NCBI RefSeq assembly: GCF_036321535.1
Contig: NC_087452.1
Location: 31,682,001 to 31,746,000 of the forward strand
Origin: Camelus dromedarius
Lineage: Eukaryota
DNA: 64,000 nucleotides
Direction: 5' to 3'
Position 1 is the first letter of the stretch. Each line of letters starts with the position of its first letter. The position numbers and the translations under genes were made by a program. A model generated the notes under the pieces. It saw only the letters and a list, made by a program, of their open reading frames with translations, ran no database searches and had not been told where the DNA came from. Shown one piece after another: positions 15,590 through 38,423 of this stretch.

Positions 15590-15860
15590 GATTTCTTTTT
15601 AAAATTTCTAACTTTTCACTTTAAAATTCCAGGCTTTCAAAAAATAGTGGAAAGAAGTCCCACTTATGCTTCACACAGCTGCCCCAAACGTGAACATTTT
15701 AAATACCCACAATGATCAAACCCAGGAAATTAACACTGACACTCCACCACTAACTCATCTGCTAACCTCACGCAAATTTGTCAGTTGCTCTAAGAAGTCC
15801 TCTTCCAGGACCAGGATCCAAACAAGGATCACAAGTTGTGTCTTGTCATTCTGTCCTCTT
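15590..15860 (-). mobile_element. Old L1 (L1MC-like) 3' UTR fragment
   Basis: cccaggaaattaacactgac, ccaggatccaaacaaggatcaca..ttg resemble antisense L1MC 3' ends. Confidence 0.55.
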
Positions 15861-18629
15861 ACTCTGGATCCACGCTGGGCAAGGAGAAAGGGGGGCTCAA
15901 GGAAATGATGGCAGAATTGTGGCAGTGGGAATGCTGAGCACAGGAGGAGGCATCAGAAGAGGGATGTTCTGAACAGAGAAACTTCTGAGCTGAAGGCCAC
16001 GTCCTCATTGGTGGTGACTTGGAGGATGGGTGGCTGAGGTGGGGGAGACAGTAACTGGCAGTGAGGTGGACAATGACTGGGTGAACCCAGGGCATATGGG
16101 ATGATGATGGAATTGGGGGAGGAGAAGAGAGAAACCCCAAGAGTTAAACCCTTTGCGAATGAAACAGAAGGAAGACTGGGCCAGCTACAAAGAGGATACA
16201 AGGAGAGGGGTGGCTGGATGATGCCTTAAAGAAGGGGTCCACAGGTAGGGAGCCAGTGGGATTGTCCCAGTATCTCTGTTTCAGAATTATGTTGGTGGAG
16301 GAGGGACTGGGGGCATCTATTCCTTCCAGGAATGCCCACCCCAGAACTCTAGCTGGCAGAGGCTGGGCTGTGACCCTCCACATGCCTACCTGGTGGCACC
16401 TGGTGCATGACAACATTCACACAGATATACAGCCAAGGGCTGACAAGTTCCCACCAGCACATAGCACTGCACTCCCCTCCATACATAACCCAGTTGTGAC
16501 TATTTTGTTGTGTTTAGTCCTCTCCATTTCTTCTGGGCTGAATTATCCTTTGCCTAGATGTGCTGCCGCCATGAAGCCTCCCTTGACTTTCCCCATCAGA
16601 AGAAATCACTGGAGCATCTCCCACTGCCCCTGCCTCTTCGTGTTATGGTTTCCTCTTTTCTGCCTGCCATCCCAAGAGGCTGTGGTTTCTGCTGGGTGGC
16701 CGGATTGTCCATCACAGGGCCTGTTGCAGCAGGCAGCTTTAGGACCTCCTGCAATTCCTACTTTGTCCATTAGATGGCACAAGATGCCTGTAGCTGGGCC
16801 CATTGGTCCCAGATCTCAGGGGTATCCTTGGGGTCTTTTCCCCTGTGCAGCCAGCAAGCAGAGATCTTTACAGAAGATCCTTACCCCTGTCCCAGACTGG
16901 GAAACAGGCCCAGAGAGGAAAAGGGCCTGCTCGAGGCCATAAGACAAGTTTAGAGCTCAGGCTCCCAGCCCCTACCGCAGGCTACTTTCCTGCAGTGTGA
17001 AATGGGCCATCCCCCAATCCTGCTTCAGAAGACCAGGGCCGCCCCTGCAGCCCCAGCTGGGGACCTGGCTGAGCTTAGATCCCCAGGGTGAGTTGGCAGG
17101 CTGAGGAGCTGTTGGGGCTGCCGCCCACAGCTGGTGGCCACGTGTTGACTAGGGGCTGTCTGCCTCAATCTCCAGCCTAACCTGGACTATGGGCCAAAAC
17201 ATCTCCCTAGGGAAATGGACACAGAGGGCCCAGGATATGATCGCCACCATGGCAGACCTTGCACAAGCACCCCTCACCAGTTTATAGAACCTATTACATT
17301 CAAAATAGTTGGTCCCTGGCTCTGGAAGGAGACTGAGACCCAGAGAGGGAAGGGCCTTGGCTAAGGTTCTTCAGGAGAGCCAGAGGCAGGGTGGCCTCCC
17401 TGAGTAGCCCCTTCCCCAATCCCAGGTCAGGAGGCATGTATATGTCAGGGAGAGATGGAGGCGGGGAGACAGGGTCCAGGTCCTGGGGTCCTTCTCATGC
17501 TGATTTAAGAGGCTGATCTGTTTCCCTTTCAGGAATGAGCTAGGAAAGGAAGTGAGGTCTCAGTACCCTCAGGAGCCTGAGAAGCAAGAGAGTCCCAGGA
17601 AGGGGCAGGGCTGAGCAGGACCTGTCCTTACCCTACTATGTGGCCTGGGCCTGGTCCTTCCCTCTCTAATGCCCCAACATTTTCTGACCACCCTTTGAGG
17701 GCTCAGGCTGGTCCATCTGGGAGCATCTAACTTGCAGGCATTTCTAGAATCCTGGGAGCACAAATTCTGACTCAAGTTTGAAATCTTAGTACCCAGGGCC
17801 TCAGATTCTGAGGGTAGGAGTCTGGGGTGGGGCAGCTGTAGGAGGTGGAGACAGGGGCTACTATCGGGGAGGGGCATAGGGAGGTCTCCTCACTTGCCCT
17901 TATTCAGCCCCTCAGCCTCATCCCCACCTTGTTTCTCTTCTGTGATTCTTCTACCCCTAAATCAGAGCTCAGAGCAGAGGTCGTGGGGGTACGAGCACGC
18001 TCCCTCCACCCTCAGTCTGGAGGAATCATAGGCCAGCAGACAGGAACTTGGGAAAGAACCCACCACTCACCTGGTGACACTCTGGGCCCTGGTAGGACTG
18101 GAGGACTGAGGGAGGCAGGGTAATGGGGGGTTCCCTGGCATGGGGGTAGACCTTGTCCCCTGCCCCAGTGAGCTGGGATGAGACCCAAAGGCCACACAGG
18201 AACAGGTCTGGGTGGAAGAGTCTGGGCATTCATCTCTTGCCAATATCAGATCTGTGAAGTGTGGCCAGACCTCAAGCCCCCATCCAAAACATGGAGCCCC
18301 TTGGGCTGGAATGACCATCACCGCCCACCCCCCGCCCCAGGCAACTTGGGCCCTGCCAGGGGAGCTAGGGTGCCAGGCCAAGGATTCAGGGGTCTAGACC
18401 CTTGGTGTCAGGGACCTGAGTCCAGAATCAATTTGTGGGATTCTCTTTCATGGGCAGTGGAGGGGCAGGGAGCAAAGGAGAGCCCAGCTAGACTCTCACC
18501 CAGCCCAGCAACCTCTGATCTCTGATTTCCCTTTCAGGCTATCTCCCCCTTGACATTTTGCTGGAGGCTGGGGACTTGGATTTGTGGACATTTCTGTATA
18601 AATCATCCACATCCCAGCTGGGAAAAGAG

Positions 18630-18790
18630 TCTCCCCAATTAGGAACCAGCCAATCTGACACAGAGGCATCAACTGGGCCAGCCGAAGTGGAGGGAGAGGC
18701 TGCAGGTGGATGACTGGGCACTGGTCCCCTCCCTCTTCCTCCCCGCCTTCCTGGCCTGGGACGGGGTGGAGCTGCTGCTTTATAAGTGGC
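18630..18790 (+). promoter_or_regulatory. SEMA3G proximal promoter (two CCAAT boxes, TATA-like element)
   Basis: CCAAT at 18635-18639 and 18650-18654 (agccaatc); TTTATAAG at 18779-18786, about 80 nt upstream of ATG 18861. Confidence 0.6.
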
Positions 18791-18842
18791 AGGCCTGGCG
18801 GCAACCGAGCAAACTACAATCAGCAGCAGGACCAGGACCTAG

Positions 18843-27833
<8,991 letters not shown>

Positions 27834-30560
27834 GAGAGGGATGAGGAGAGGGTAGTTGGGATAGGCCGAGTGGCCAGCATGAGCCCCCAGCATCTCCCAC
27901 TCACCCACCCGGTTAGGGCAGAGGAGGCCAACGTGCCTGATTGTCTCTTAGAGATGGGAATTTCTGCCCCCAGACTCCTACCAGGTCACCCACAGGAAAC
28001 GCTGGGGCCTGATGGAGGGCCCTGTGTCTGAGGCCTATTCCCTGCCCCTCTCTGTGCTCAGTCCCAGGCTGGAACCAGCACCCTCTGGCTGCTGGCAACC
28101 CCAGTGGGACTGCTATTTGTTCTCAGACAAGGCCCCCGAGCACATTTCCGCTTGTGCCCGGGGGCCAGAGGCGAGAGGGCTGGGTGGTTCTCACCCAGCC
28201 TGCAGAACAATGGCCATTCTGAGTGACCCTTCCAGTGGGTGTGTGGGTGTGTGGGTGCGTCTGAGGAGGTGCCTGGGCAGGGGGCCCTCAGGCAGCCAAG
28301 GAGGGTAGAAGTTGCCTCCTAAGCTAGCACGGGGGAAGAAGACCTTTCCTGCGAGGTGGGTGGGAAAGTGGAGGCACTGAGAAGACGTTACAGCAAGACC
28401 CCCTCACACTCCATGCCCTGCAATCTTGGTGGTTCCCCACTGCCCACCACCTCTTCTCCATCTCAGAATCATAGAAGCATGGACTGCGAGAGCTCCCTGG
28501 GTCCTGGGGATGGTCTGGACCTCAGGCCCCACTTCACAAATGAAAGCAAGAGAACATTTCACAGCCTGACTTCCCTTCCCTAAGTCCCAGAGCTGCCAGG
28601 CCAAGTTTCCTGGGATGCCCACACTCCTGATGGGATTGGCCCTCCCTACCATCAGGGTCTCCACGCTGATGAGCAGGGAGTGGGGGGATTCTAGGAGAAT
28701 GTTATCCCCCATCTCTGTGGACTAGAGATAGGGAAAGGGGAGCTGGGAAAGTGTGGGGTAGTTGGAGGAGTGAGCTGTCTTTCCCAGGGCAATGCAACCT
28801 TGCCCACAGCCTGGAAGGGTGGGAATGTGACAGCTTTGTGAGCAAGCTACAGCTGGTGGGCAGGACCAGGGGCAGGGCTTTGCCTGGTGGGCCACAGAGG
28901 ACTGAGGCTTTTGAGATGAAAGGGGAAAGGGTGGGAGACCCTCGGATGGGCTTTGGAACCCAAGGGCAGGCATTCTCAGGGACCCAAGAAGGCATCGGTT
29001 AGCCCAGGAGCCAAGTATTTCCCACCCTGGGATCTTTGGTTTCTGCTAAATAAGGGTTTGTCATGGATGGTTCATTTATGAAAATTTTTCTCTTTTAAGG
29101 GAAAGAAATGTAGGGGAGAAGCTGCTAAATCCTGCTGGCTCTTGGGGGCGAGGCTCAGGTGGCCAGGATGCATTCTGTCTGGGCGCGTAGGGAGGTGTTT
29201 TTGCCATCAGCGGTAATGTGTTTCTTGGGCTGGGGAGCATGGAGGGGGAGGAGGAGGACTAAATGAAAAGTTGTTCCCAGACTGCGTATGAACAAGTCAG
29301 TGACGCACAAAACCGACAGGAGGGAGACAAGAGCATCAGGTTCGAGATTCCCTCCATTAAAAAATCAAGATGAAGAGAGGAAGGAAAAAAAAACACAGAC
29401 AAAAAGCAATACAGGGCTTCCTGCCCTGTTGAACTCAAACCCAGACTGTGTCTGCCTTGGATTTTATCCAAGACCCCCATGCCCCACCACCACCTCCAGA
29501 GAACTGGAATCTGAAACAGGCCCTTCTTTCTCCCTTTGGAGTAAGTGAAACAGAAGCACTGAGGTTACCTTGATAACACTTTGGGAAGCCGCTGGCCTGG
29601 GGTGGTTGTGGCTGAGATGTCAGCAGGTGAAAGCAGAGGAGAGGACTGTGGGGAGGGGCCTGGAGAAGAAAGGGGAGGAGGAGGTAGAGGCCACGGAAGA
29701 GGGTAGAATGGAACAGGTGTCAGAGCTGCAGCCAACTCTGCCCCTCTGTCCCAGGAAGAAGCAACTGGGCCTCTAGGCTGGGTCCATGTGTGGCCGGCTC
29801 CAGGCAGGGTCCCCTAGGGAAGTTACTCTGGAAAACAGAGGGAGAAGGAGTTAAAAATCCTGAACCAGGAACACCAGCATTTGGAAAATTATGGACAGCT
29901 TCTACTGATTGCCCACCCCTATCCCCCATGGTACTGTGTGTTATTAACGCCTGGAAATGCCTCTATGTGTGAATTCTATTTTTGTATTCATATGTTGAGA
30001 TGGGCCTTGTGGTTTCTCTGTCTTCAAAGCACAGTTCTCATAATTACTATTGTTCCTTTGTCACTGCCCCTCAGTGCTGGTGAGGACAGCACAGTGGTTT
30101 ACCACACAACCTACAAGGAAAGGGATGAAGTTAATATTTATATCACATAATTATATCGTTATTGTACCTGTGTATTTCTGTACTAAATTGTCTGATGCTA
30201 TGTTTGTGAGCTGGAAATGAAGAGCCTTCCCTGACCATTCTAGGAGGGATAAGCCACTCTGGGTGGTATTTCCTAGAAGAGGAGATAGGTATCAGGGGAA
30301 GGAAGGAGTCAGAGGGCTTTGCCTATGAAGTGGAGATTGCTTGTTAAATTAGGAAAATCCTGTCCCTTGGGCTTCTGAGACTTCTTGGAACTTCAGGAAG
30401 ATCTCAAGCCAGGAAAAAAAATGCTGGCAAAGGGTAGCTGGGCACGTAGGCTGCCCTGCTCCTTTTTCATAATTACACTTGACTTTTTGATAGCAACACT
30501 TGGCCTGGTGCCTGTCTTCATCAGCCACATACCAACGTGTATTAAGACCACCGTGTTGAC

Positions 30561-30745
30561 GGGGAGGGGATAGCTCAGTGGCAGAGTGCGTGCTTAGCAT
30601 GCACGAGGTCCTGGGTTCCATCCCCAGTGCCCCCATCAAGAAAAATAATAATTAAAATATAATATAAAATAATTAACATATAATATAAAAATAATAATTA
30701 AAAAATGAGTAAACCTAATTACTGTCCCCCCACCAAAAAAAAAAA
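30561..30745 (+). mobile_element. tRNA-Ala-derived SINE (camelid vic-1-like) with expanded AT-rich middle
   Basis: Head ggggaggggatagctcagtggcagagtgcgtgcttagcatgcacgaggtcctgggttccatcccc with A box and a degenerate B box; tail aaacctaattactgtccccccacc plus poly(A); diverged TSD aagaccaccgtgtt / aaggccactgtgct. Confidence 0.85.
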
Positions 30746-33439
30746 GGCCACTGTGCTCTTGCTGGTGGGGGCGGGGGGGCTGGGCTGTGTGGTGAGAGCT
30801 GCAGCTTCAGCAGAGGAGGGGGAGCCCCAGAGTCTGGCCTGCTGGGCTGCAGGAGGTGCCTCTCCCCCACCTCTCACTCCCCTAGTGACAACATGCTCCT
30901 GCCCAAAGAGCAGACTCCATCGGGGCTGGAGGGAGATGGAAAAAGCCAGGGGTACTTTAAAGATGGGAGGGACATCACCCCACATCACCAGGGAGAATAC
31001 CTTCTTTCTTGGATGGGCCCCTCAATCCGTGCTATAGACTAGGGGGTGCTTAATACAGGTCAGTCATCCATCCCATCTTGCACCCTGGCCCTAGGGTGGG
31101 ACCCATGCTTTTGCCCCCTGGACGCTGCACGAGCACCCAGGCCTGACAGAATGTGAAATCCTGTTGCCCTGCCCCAGGCCATCACCACCCCTTCCGAGAA
31201 GCCTCATCAGAGCCCCACTTTGTGTGGAGTGCCGGGCTGGGAGGGTGCGTGAATGCAGCCTCACAGCCCCTTCTCCCATGAGGAGCACAGCATCTCTGCT
31301 CCCACATGGCCACTACCCATGCCCCGAAGACCCCTTGGGTCTGGACTTCCCCTGGCCCCTCATTCCCCCTCCCTCCTCCCATCTCGAGCCCTATTTCCTG
31401 CCTTAAGGATTTCACTCTATCTTCCTCTCCCAGCTTTTTCCTCTAAGTCTCACACTTCCCCTGGTCTTGGGGCCTGTTTCATAATTTCCCAAACAGGTTT
31501 AGAGCCGGAAAAGGGCTTCTAGTCAAATGTTTTCCAAAATGGTGTTCTTCGGAAAAATTGTCCCATGAGATCCTTGACAATGGTCAAATAAACACGAGAT
31601 TTCTGCCCCCTTCGCCCCCACGGAGCTGTGCACTGGCTGCCTGCTTGCCCTGTGACATCCCCGAGGCACCCACAATGATCTGTTAATGTGCATGCCTACT
31701 ACATGCTACATGATCCTCCAAAACATGTGGTCCTCTATCCCTTTTTTTCCCATGGAGCAGTTACCATCTCATGTTTCCAGTGTTTTAAAGAGCATACTTT
31801 GGGAAAATGCTGGTTAGAGTAATCTCCTCCCTTGACATGAGAGATTAATCTTTGCCTCCTAAGCCTGTAAACTCTGGAGGCCCTGACTTTCTGGATGGAA
31901 CAGCCACTTCTTGGTTTCCCATGGCTGGTACCAGAGCAGGGCCTGCCACCCCAGGACCAGGGCTGCCAAGCCACCTGCCTGCTGTCTCTCGGACCTGGAC
32001 TCTGCCCTGCCTCTGGTTCCTGTCCTCCCACATCCAGCTTACCTCCTCAATCCACTTCCTGCCCCTCCTGTGTCTGGAAGGGTCCTCTGCAGAGGCTAGG
32101 ATTCACCCCAAGACTGAGCCTGTCCTGCAGTCCCAAAGACTAGTTTCTGAGGAAGGATGGCGGGCAGGGTGGAGGCAGAATAAGGGTGAAAAACAGTCCT
32201 TTCATTTCCTTAAATGGCTTCTATGCTTCCCTTTCATTCAGTTAAGCCCGGGTCAGGTCCCAGAAGCCTCTAGAATCCCCCAACTGCAGGAGTGGGCAGG
32301 CAGCAGCCGTCAGGAGCCAGGCCTGCCTCCTGCCCAGTTATCCTCTCTGTGGGCTGGCAAGGGCCCCAGATGCAGTTAGAGCTGAGTAGGTCCCAGAGAA
32401 CTCTCTCACGTGCCTCTGCCAGTCAAGCAAAGTGGGGGCGTCTCCAGCTAGCCACATCTCCTCCTTAAAACTAGCAGACAGTTGCTCAGAAACAGCCCAA
32501 TTTCCACCCGAGTTAAGGATCCACCCTAGCCTCACCCAAGTCCTGGTCTGCAGAGGCTCCCCACAGGGAGAAAGTTCAACACACGCCAAGGTCAAGTCCC
32601 CTGGGTTTTCTGAGATTACAAACTTGGCCCTGGTGTGCTGCGAGAATGGGTGGAGCTAGGTTTGGATATAATAACTGATAAGGAGCTTAAGGATTGTTGG
32701 TCCCCCACCCTGGCTCCTCTTCCGGACTCACCCCCTCCTGAAGCACAGGAGATGAAGTAACACCAGCTGCGAGCCCGTGCCCACTTCCCACCACCCAGCC
32801 CCAGCCAGTCTTTGCCGTGAGTACCACTGCTGGGCCCCACAACCTTGGAGGCTGTGTCCTAATGAATCCTTTCACTTTCCCTGATGGATTTTCTTAAAGG
32901 AAACTCCTAGTTCCTCAAATGCAGCCTTTTAAAAAAATCGCTCTCCACTGAGGACGGGAAATGCTGCACAGTCTCCAGGGGAGGCCTTGTAAGTGATGCC
33001 CACCCCCATCCCCACACTCAGCCTCCAGTAGTCAGCTAGTAACTTGCACTCAGGGACTCTGCTGTAAGGAGAACTCAGGGGACCAGTCTTGACCTCTCAC
33101 CCGCAGGGAGAAAGATGACTGCAGTGTACCTTAGTCCATCCCAATGCGGTGTGTTTCACTGCCAAGAGCATCCCATTGGGTAAAGAGGGAAGACCAGGGC
33201 AACGGGACAGTTGGGGGCTAGAGAGGATTCCAAATTAACAGAGGCCTGGAGCAGAGTCCAGGTGTCTGTCATCAAATGGAGGAGATAGTATTAGAGACAC
33301 TCAAAGCTTAGATTTGCCTGTTAGGAGGACAAGGGGGGCTCCACTCTCAGAGATAAAGGTATGGAAGAATGACGTGGCAGAGCAGCAGCTTGCTGTATGG
33401 GCATGACCTCATCTCTTCACTCTGCACCCCGTCAGCTGA

Positions 33440-33579
33440 NNNNNNNNNNNNNNNNNNNNNNNNNNNNNNNNNNNNNNNNNNNNNNNNNNNNNNNNNNNNN
33501 NNNNNNNNNNNNNNNNNNNNNNNNNNNNNNNNNNNNNNNNNNNNNNNNNNNNNNNNNNNNNNNNNNNNNNNNNNNNNNN
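33440..33579. other. Assembly gap (140 N)
   Basis: Run of N. Confidence 1.
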
Positions 33580-34236
33580 GGGCTTGTTTACAAATCTATG
33601 ATTTCCAAGGTAGGGGGATACAATGGGGAATTGTTTCTAGTGAGGCCAGAGTCCCCTCCAGAGTGCTCCTGGGGGCTGGGGATGGCTTTGATGGCCCAGA
33701 CAGATCTCAGATGCTCTGTGAGGGACGGACACTGATGGCGTAAATGCCTTCCTGTTTATCAGAGGTGCACGCAGGGCAGGCTTAAGGAACAAGTTTACAC
33801 CAAAGATGAGGGGGAGGAGCTCCTGTGCCTCCCTCCTTCTACTGGGGCCTCATGCTGTCACGCTACTCAGGGACTCCAGGGCTAGAGGTGGTTTACTAGG
33901 GAGAAGCCAGATTATTTCCTGGAAAACATCAACTCTTTGGTTTATGGCCTCCAACTGCCATGTTGTTTTTTGGAAAAGATGTACAAGGCATGAGACCCTT
34001 GCAAATAGCCAACCCCTCTGGAATGGGGCTCCCTGGTTTAGTCAGTTAGGGAGTCTTCTCAAACCAAGAGGCCCCTTTGATGCTGCAACTCACCTCCAGC
34101 CCCTGGGAGCACACAGGTAGCTGACAGTATCCCTGGGGTCAGGATCAATGGAGGTGCTGTTTCTCATAGCAACCTCTGGCCCTGCCCACAGGAGTTTAGA
34201 GCCTTTTAACCACCAGCCAGAGACCCCAGATGTCAC

Positions 34237-34280
34237 AGAGAGAGAGAGAGAGAGTGTGTGTGTGTGTGTGTGTGTGTGTG
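34237..34280. repeat. Compound microsatellite (AG)9(TG)13
   Basis: Read directly. Confidence 0.95.
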
Positions 34281-35569
34281 GTAGTAGGGTGGGGCAGAAG
34301 AGGAACAGAACCATATCACCCATTGCCCTTGGGACTTGCAGTCCCCATTTTTAGGGGTAAGAGGAGGACAGCTGGGGATAGAAGGATCACTTTGGGTCTG
34401 GAGAGACCATGAAGGCAGTCCTATCTGAGGATCTGACCTACGATAGAAGTGTCATTGGTGACTTTTGTATTAGTCTATAAATATAACAGGAGCACAACTC
34501 ATGAATAAACTCGAATGGATGTGCTTAGAATAAGCAAAGAGCAGTAAATCGCGTGCAATCCCAAAACAAAGCAAGCTTATAAGCCTTTCTCAGCCTTCCA
34601 GGTCTATAGCATTATAACCGTCTTCCTCAATATGCTCACAGCGCCCTCTGGTGTCGGGCAGTAAAACAACAGGCTTATAAATGAAGGGTTTGAGCACATT
34701 CCTCAAACTGCCTCTGAATGGGGGTCCTGAGCCAGACACCACGAAGGGGAGAAAGGTTAATAAGACAGACAGGTCCCTTCCCATAAGGGGATTCCAATCT
34801 AGTGGGAGAGACAATCATAGGACCAGATGGAGATTGAGGCAGGCTATAATAGGGGTACAAGCAGAGCCCACAGAGAGTGCCTAGGGATGAAGACGTGGCC
34901 CTTATGCTGGATTCACCAGGCTGAGGGTAGAGGTTATGGTCCACCCGACTGCAAATCTCATGCTCAGGGCCCAGTATTCAAGGGTAGTCATGGCAGAGTG
35001 CCTGTGGGAGGAGTTTCCTGAGAGGTGAAGCCACATGTGGGGACACATCTGTGGAAGCTTTAGATGCTAATCCTAGCGGGGTCCACCTAAATAAAGAGCT
35101 AGCAGATGTTTTATGGTAATTAGCAGAAGGGAAGAGGGTGGATGTGTCAGCAGAGCAAGTGGACAAAGGAAATCATGTGGAGAGAAGGCTTTTGCTGCAG
35201 TCTTGTAAGTCACAGGGGTCTTAGCTGAGCACTGGCTGTGAGATGGAGACAAGACAAACATCTGAAAAACAGTCAAATTGACAAGAAGGTGGTTGGGCAG
35301 AAAGGGAAACATAAGGAGATTCTGAGGTTTCTGGCCGTAGTTCATAGTTCCCACGAAAGTAATGATTAGAGGAAGGGGAGCAAGTGTTTTGGGGAATTTT
35401 TGCTTAACATCTATTCCTACCCTCCCCAAGTGAACTATTTGTTCTAGGTCTTAGGTTATAAAGTGGTAATTAATTCTAATAGGCTTATGATTGTGAAAAC
35501 AGGTGATTAAAATAGTCAAGGTGAGTCTGGGGCATCTTGTAGTGCCAAAAAGTAAAGAAGTTCTCAAAA

Positions 35570-36495
35570 CCAAGCCAAGCCAAACAAAATGAAGCACACT
35601 ATAATGGCAGTATGTGAAAAGGACATAGGAGTCCCAATGGCCAAAGCCAGAACAATCTGAGCAACAAAATACAGCAGTATTGGATTATAACCCAAAGTAT
35701 AATATACATATCCCTGAGTACATACTGATACAAATAATTGAATAAATAAGTAGGAGAGGATGAGTAAATCTCCCACGCAGAAGAACTCCGAATAATATAT
35801 GTAGATACTCTATCCTTAAAGAGGGAGGGGGCATAAATCCCCACTCATTAACTATGGGCTGCAGAGAGTGATTTCTTTCCAAAATTTACAGTATGAAAAG
35901 GGAGGAAAAAAGAGTAACTTTTCTCTTTCTGGAAAAGCTTGACAAACATTAACTTAGCCAGGTGACCAAGAGAAACATCAACATCAAGATAAAGTGATGC
36001 TCTGTTGATACATGTAACTTTGATTTGATGTAATGAAAATGGTCCTTCACCTGTGCGGTCTTACTCCCTCAAACCTATAACCCCAGTCTAATCATAAGAA
36101 AAACATTAGACAAATTCCAATTGAGGGACACCCTACAAAATACCTGACCAGTACTCAAAACTGTCAAAGTCACCAAAAACAAGGAAAATCTGACCAACTG
36201 TTAGAGCCAAGAGGAAGCTAAGGGCACANNNNNNNNNNNNNNNNNNNNNNNNNNNNNNNNNNNNNNNNNNNNNNNNNNNNNNNNNNNNNNNNNNNNNNNN
36301 NNNNNNNNNNNNNNNNNNNNNNNNNNNNNNNNNNNNNNNNNNNNNNNNNNNNNNNNNNNNNNNNNNNNNNNNNNNNNNNNNNNNNNNNNNNNNTACCACA
36401 CTTATGTAAGATGTTAATAATGGGCTTGAAGTCTCTGCAATATGTTCACAATTTTTCTTTAAATCTAAAATTATCCTAAATTAGAAGTTTAAGAA
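35570..36495 (+). mobile_element. L1MC-type 3' UTR, interrupted by an assembly gap
   Basis: gtattggattataacccaaagtata, cctataaccccagtctaatcataagaaaaacattagacaaattccaattgagggaca, aaatctaaaattat. Confidence 0.7.
36229..36393. other. Assembly gap (165 N)
   Basis: Run of N. Confidence 1.
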
Positions 36496-38417
36496 AAAAG
36501 CCCAGTTATTTACTGGAGAATGACTGACTAGGTCCAGATGAAGAAGCGAACATTTCAAAGTTGGATTTCCCAGCCTACGAGAATGGAGTTAGCTATTAAC
36601 ACTGATGGAGAGTAAGGGTATGCAGATTAAGAAATAGCTAATAGAGGTGTGTGCCCACATGTGCACTACTCTGATAGTTACCAACTGCACAGAGGCCAGG
36701 CAACTGAGTGTCTGGGTGACAAATGCATTCCCCATCTTCCCACCCCCGCCAAAAGCTCCACCTCCTACCCACTGCAGCTGGAGTCCAGAGGGCACTGTTA
36801 AGATGGTATTTCTAACACTTTAGTAGTATACAAATGGACTCTTTTTAAAGGAAAAGATACTACCGCAAATGTCTGAGAATATGCCTGGTGACCCAAGGTA
36901 TCGAAACTCTGTTAGACACTAAAATCTTAGTTTTGGAAGTATCTTTCAGCTGTGAATTACTGCTGCAAGTGTTGAGTCTTTAGGATTGGTAAAATACTGT
37001 TTTCAAGATGAAAATCGACAATTTAAGAACTCTCTTCTCACTTGCAGAGATCTGACAAAGTGTTCTTGGATGTCTAGATTAGGAGGTGCAACACTGAGTC
37101 ACCAAACCCATGGAGAGAAAAATGAAGGAAAAAGTCATAGTCATGGGGAGCCCTGGGCCCCTGTGTAGTGGGCCCATTGGTCTTCCAGAGAAGAAATGCA
37201 ACAGAAAGTGATCTGGTGCCTGGCCTATGAGGAAAAGTGTATTTTAAGGCAATTGATCATGTGGAACATTTGGGAAGAATTAGCCATAGATACATAGCAA
37301 ATTGAGCAAATAAAAAGAGGTATTCACTTAAGGAAAAAAAAAAACATGTATAGGAGAGGAAAAATAATCATAGTGTGCTGCTTGGCTCAGTAGTGAACAG
37401 TGTTTATATAGTTATAAACAAAAATTGTGATGCAATTATAAGAGACGGAGAGAATAAAAATGGGAAGGTTTTAAAGGTGCTAGATCTTTATGCAACATAA
37501 TAAGAAGTCAATAAGTCTAAGATGAATAAATCAAGAAATGGCTAAAAAAAGTAGAAAGTATTTGCCTTTAGGGGGTAGGACTGGGGGTAGGGAAGGGTGA
37601 GTCAAGAGAATACTTTTCATTATAATCCTTTTAGTACTTCCTGATTTCTTTTTAGAGTATCACTTTGCCACCCACGCCCTTGTGATTCCAAGTGAATCTG
37701 GTCAGATCCAAAGGTGATCACTGTGGCACATTTTGGATATTAAATCTCCAGAGGTCATTTGAATCAAGAACCCCATCCTCTGCAATTAGTGACGATGACT
37801 CATATCCTGAGAACTCAGTGCCTCTATCAGTAATGGTCCTGAGTTGCCCCAACTCCTGCAAATCCCACAAAATCATTAAAAACAAGCAAATATGAGATAG
37901 GTTCTATTCAATTTCTCCCAAGGACCAGCTGCCTTGCCTAATGTGACTGTCCTGGCATGGTCCCCTTACCCAAGCTGGAAATGGTCGAGCCCCTGAGCAG
38001 GAGGGCTTGAGTGGAGATGTGTCCTCATTCATGCTGGGAGGCACGCTGGAGTGAGGACACATCTCTGCCCCATGTGAGCACGGCAGGCCCCGGCCTGTTT
38101 GAGTCTAGGGCCCAAGCCTTGCAACAATGGCCTAGTCTCAGTCTAGTGTGGACTCCTTTGCTGGCTCACCTTCCTGATGAGATCCTGTGTGTTTATTTGC
38201 ACAACGATGAAATCTCTGTCCCCGTAAAATCCATTTCCCTGCAAACTGCTTCCTCCAAAGCAATGTGTCTAAGTTGAAAGTTCTATATTTAATTCACTGA
38301 GTTTCATAGATTAGAAGGATGAGTTTTCCTATTCCCTCACTCTACCCTGCAGATTCCTTAGTATGCTAGACAAATTCCAGAGTGAATTTGTAAGGAGGCA
38401 CCAATGGAGAGAAAACC

Positions 38418-38423
38418 TTTATT
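38418..38423 (-). terminator. PHF7 polyadenylation signal AATAAA
   Basis: tttatt on the + strand, about 330 nt downstream of the PHF7 stop. Confidence 0.7.

Noticed and set aside
29356-30187. SEMA3G polyA site (ATTAAA 29356-29361 or ACTAAA 30182-30187)
   Set aside because: I cannot choose between them from sequence alone; 3'-end data are needed, so neither is reported as a feature.
30561-30635. Possible tRNA-Ala gene
   Set aside because: The B box is degenerate (GGTTCCATCCC), the acceptor stem does not pair, and the SINE tail, poly(A) and TSD follow. It is a SINE head; the same applies to 52070-52141.
33440-36393. Hidden element within the two N gaps
   Set aside because: Content is unknowable. 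The second gap lies inside a continuous L1MC 3' UTR, so it is probably just repeat sequence.
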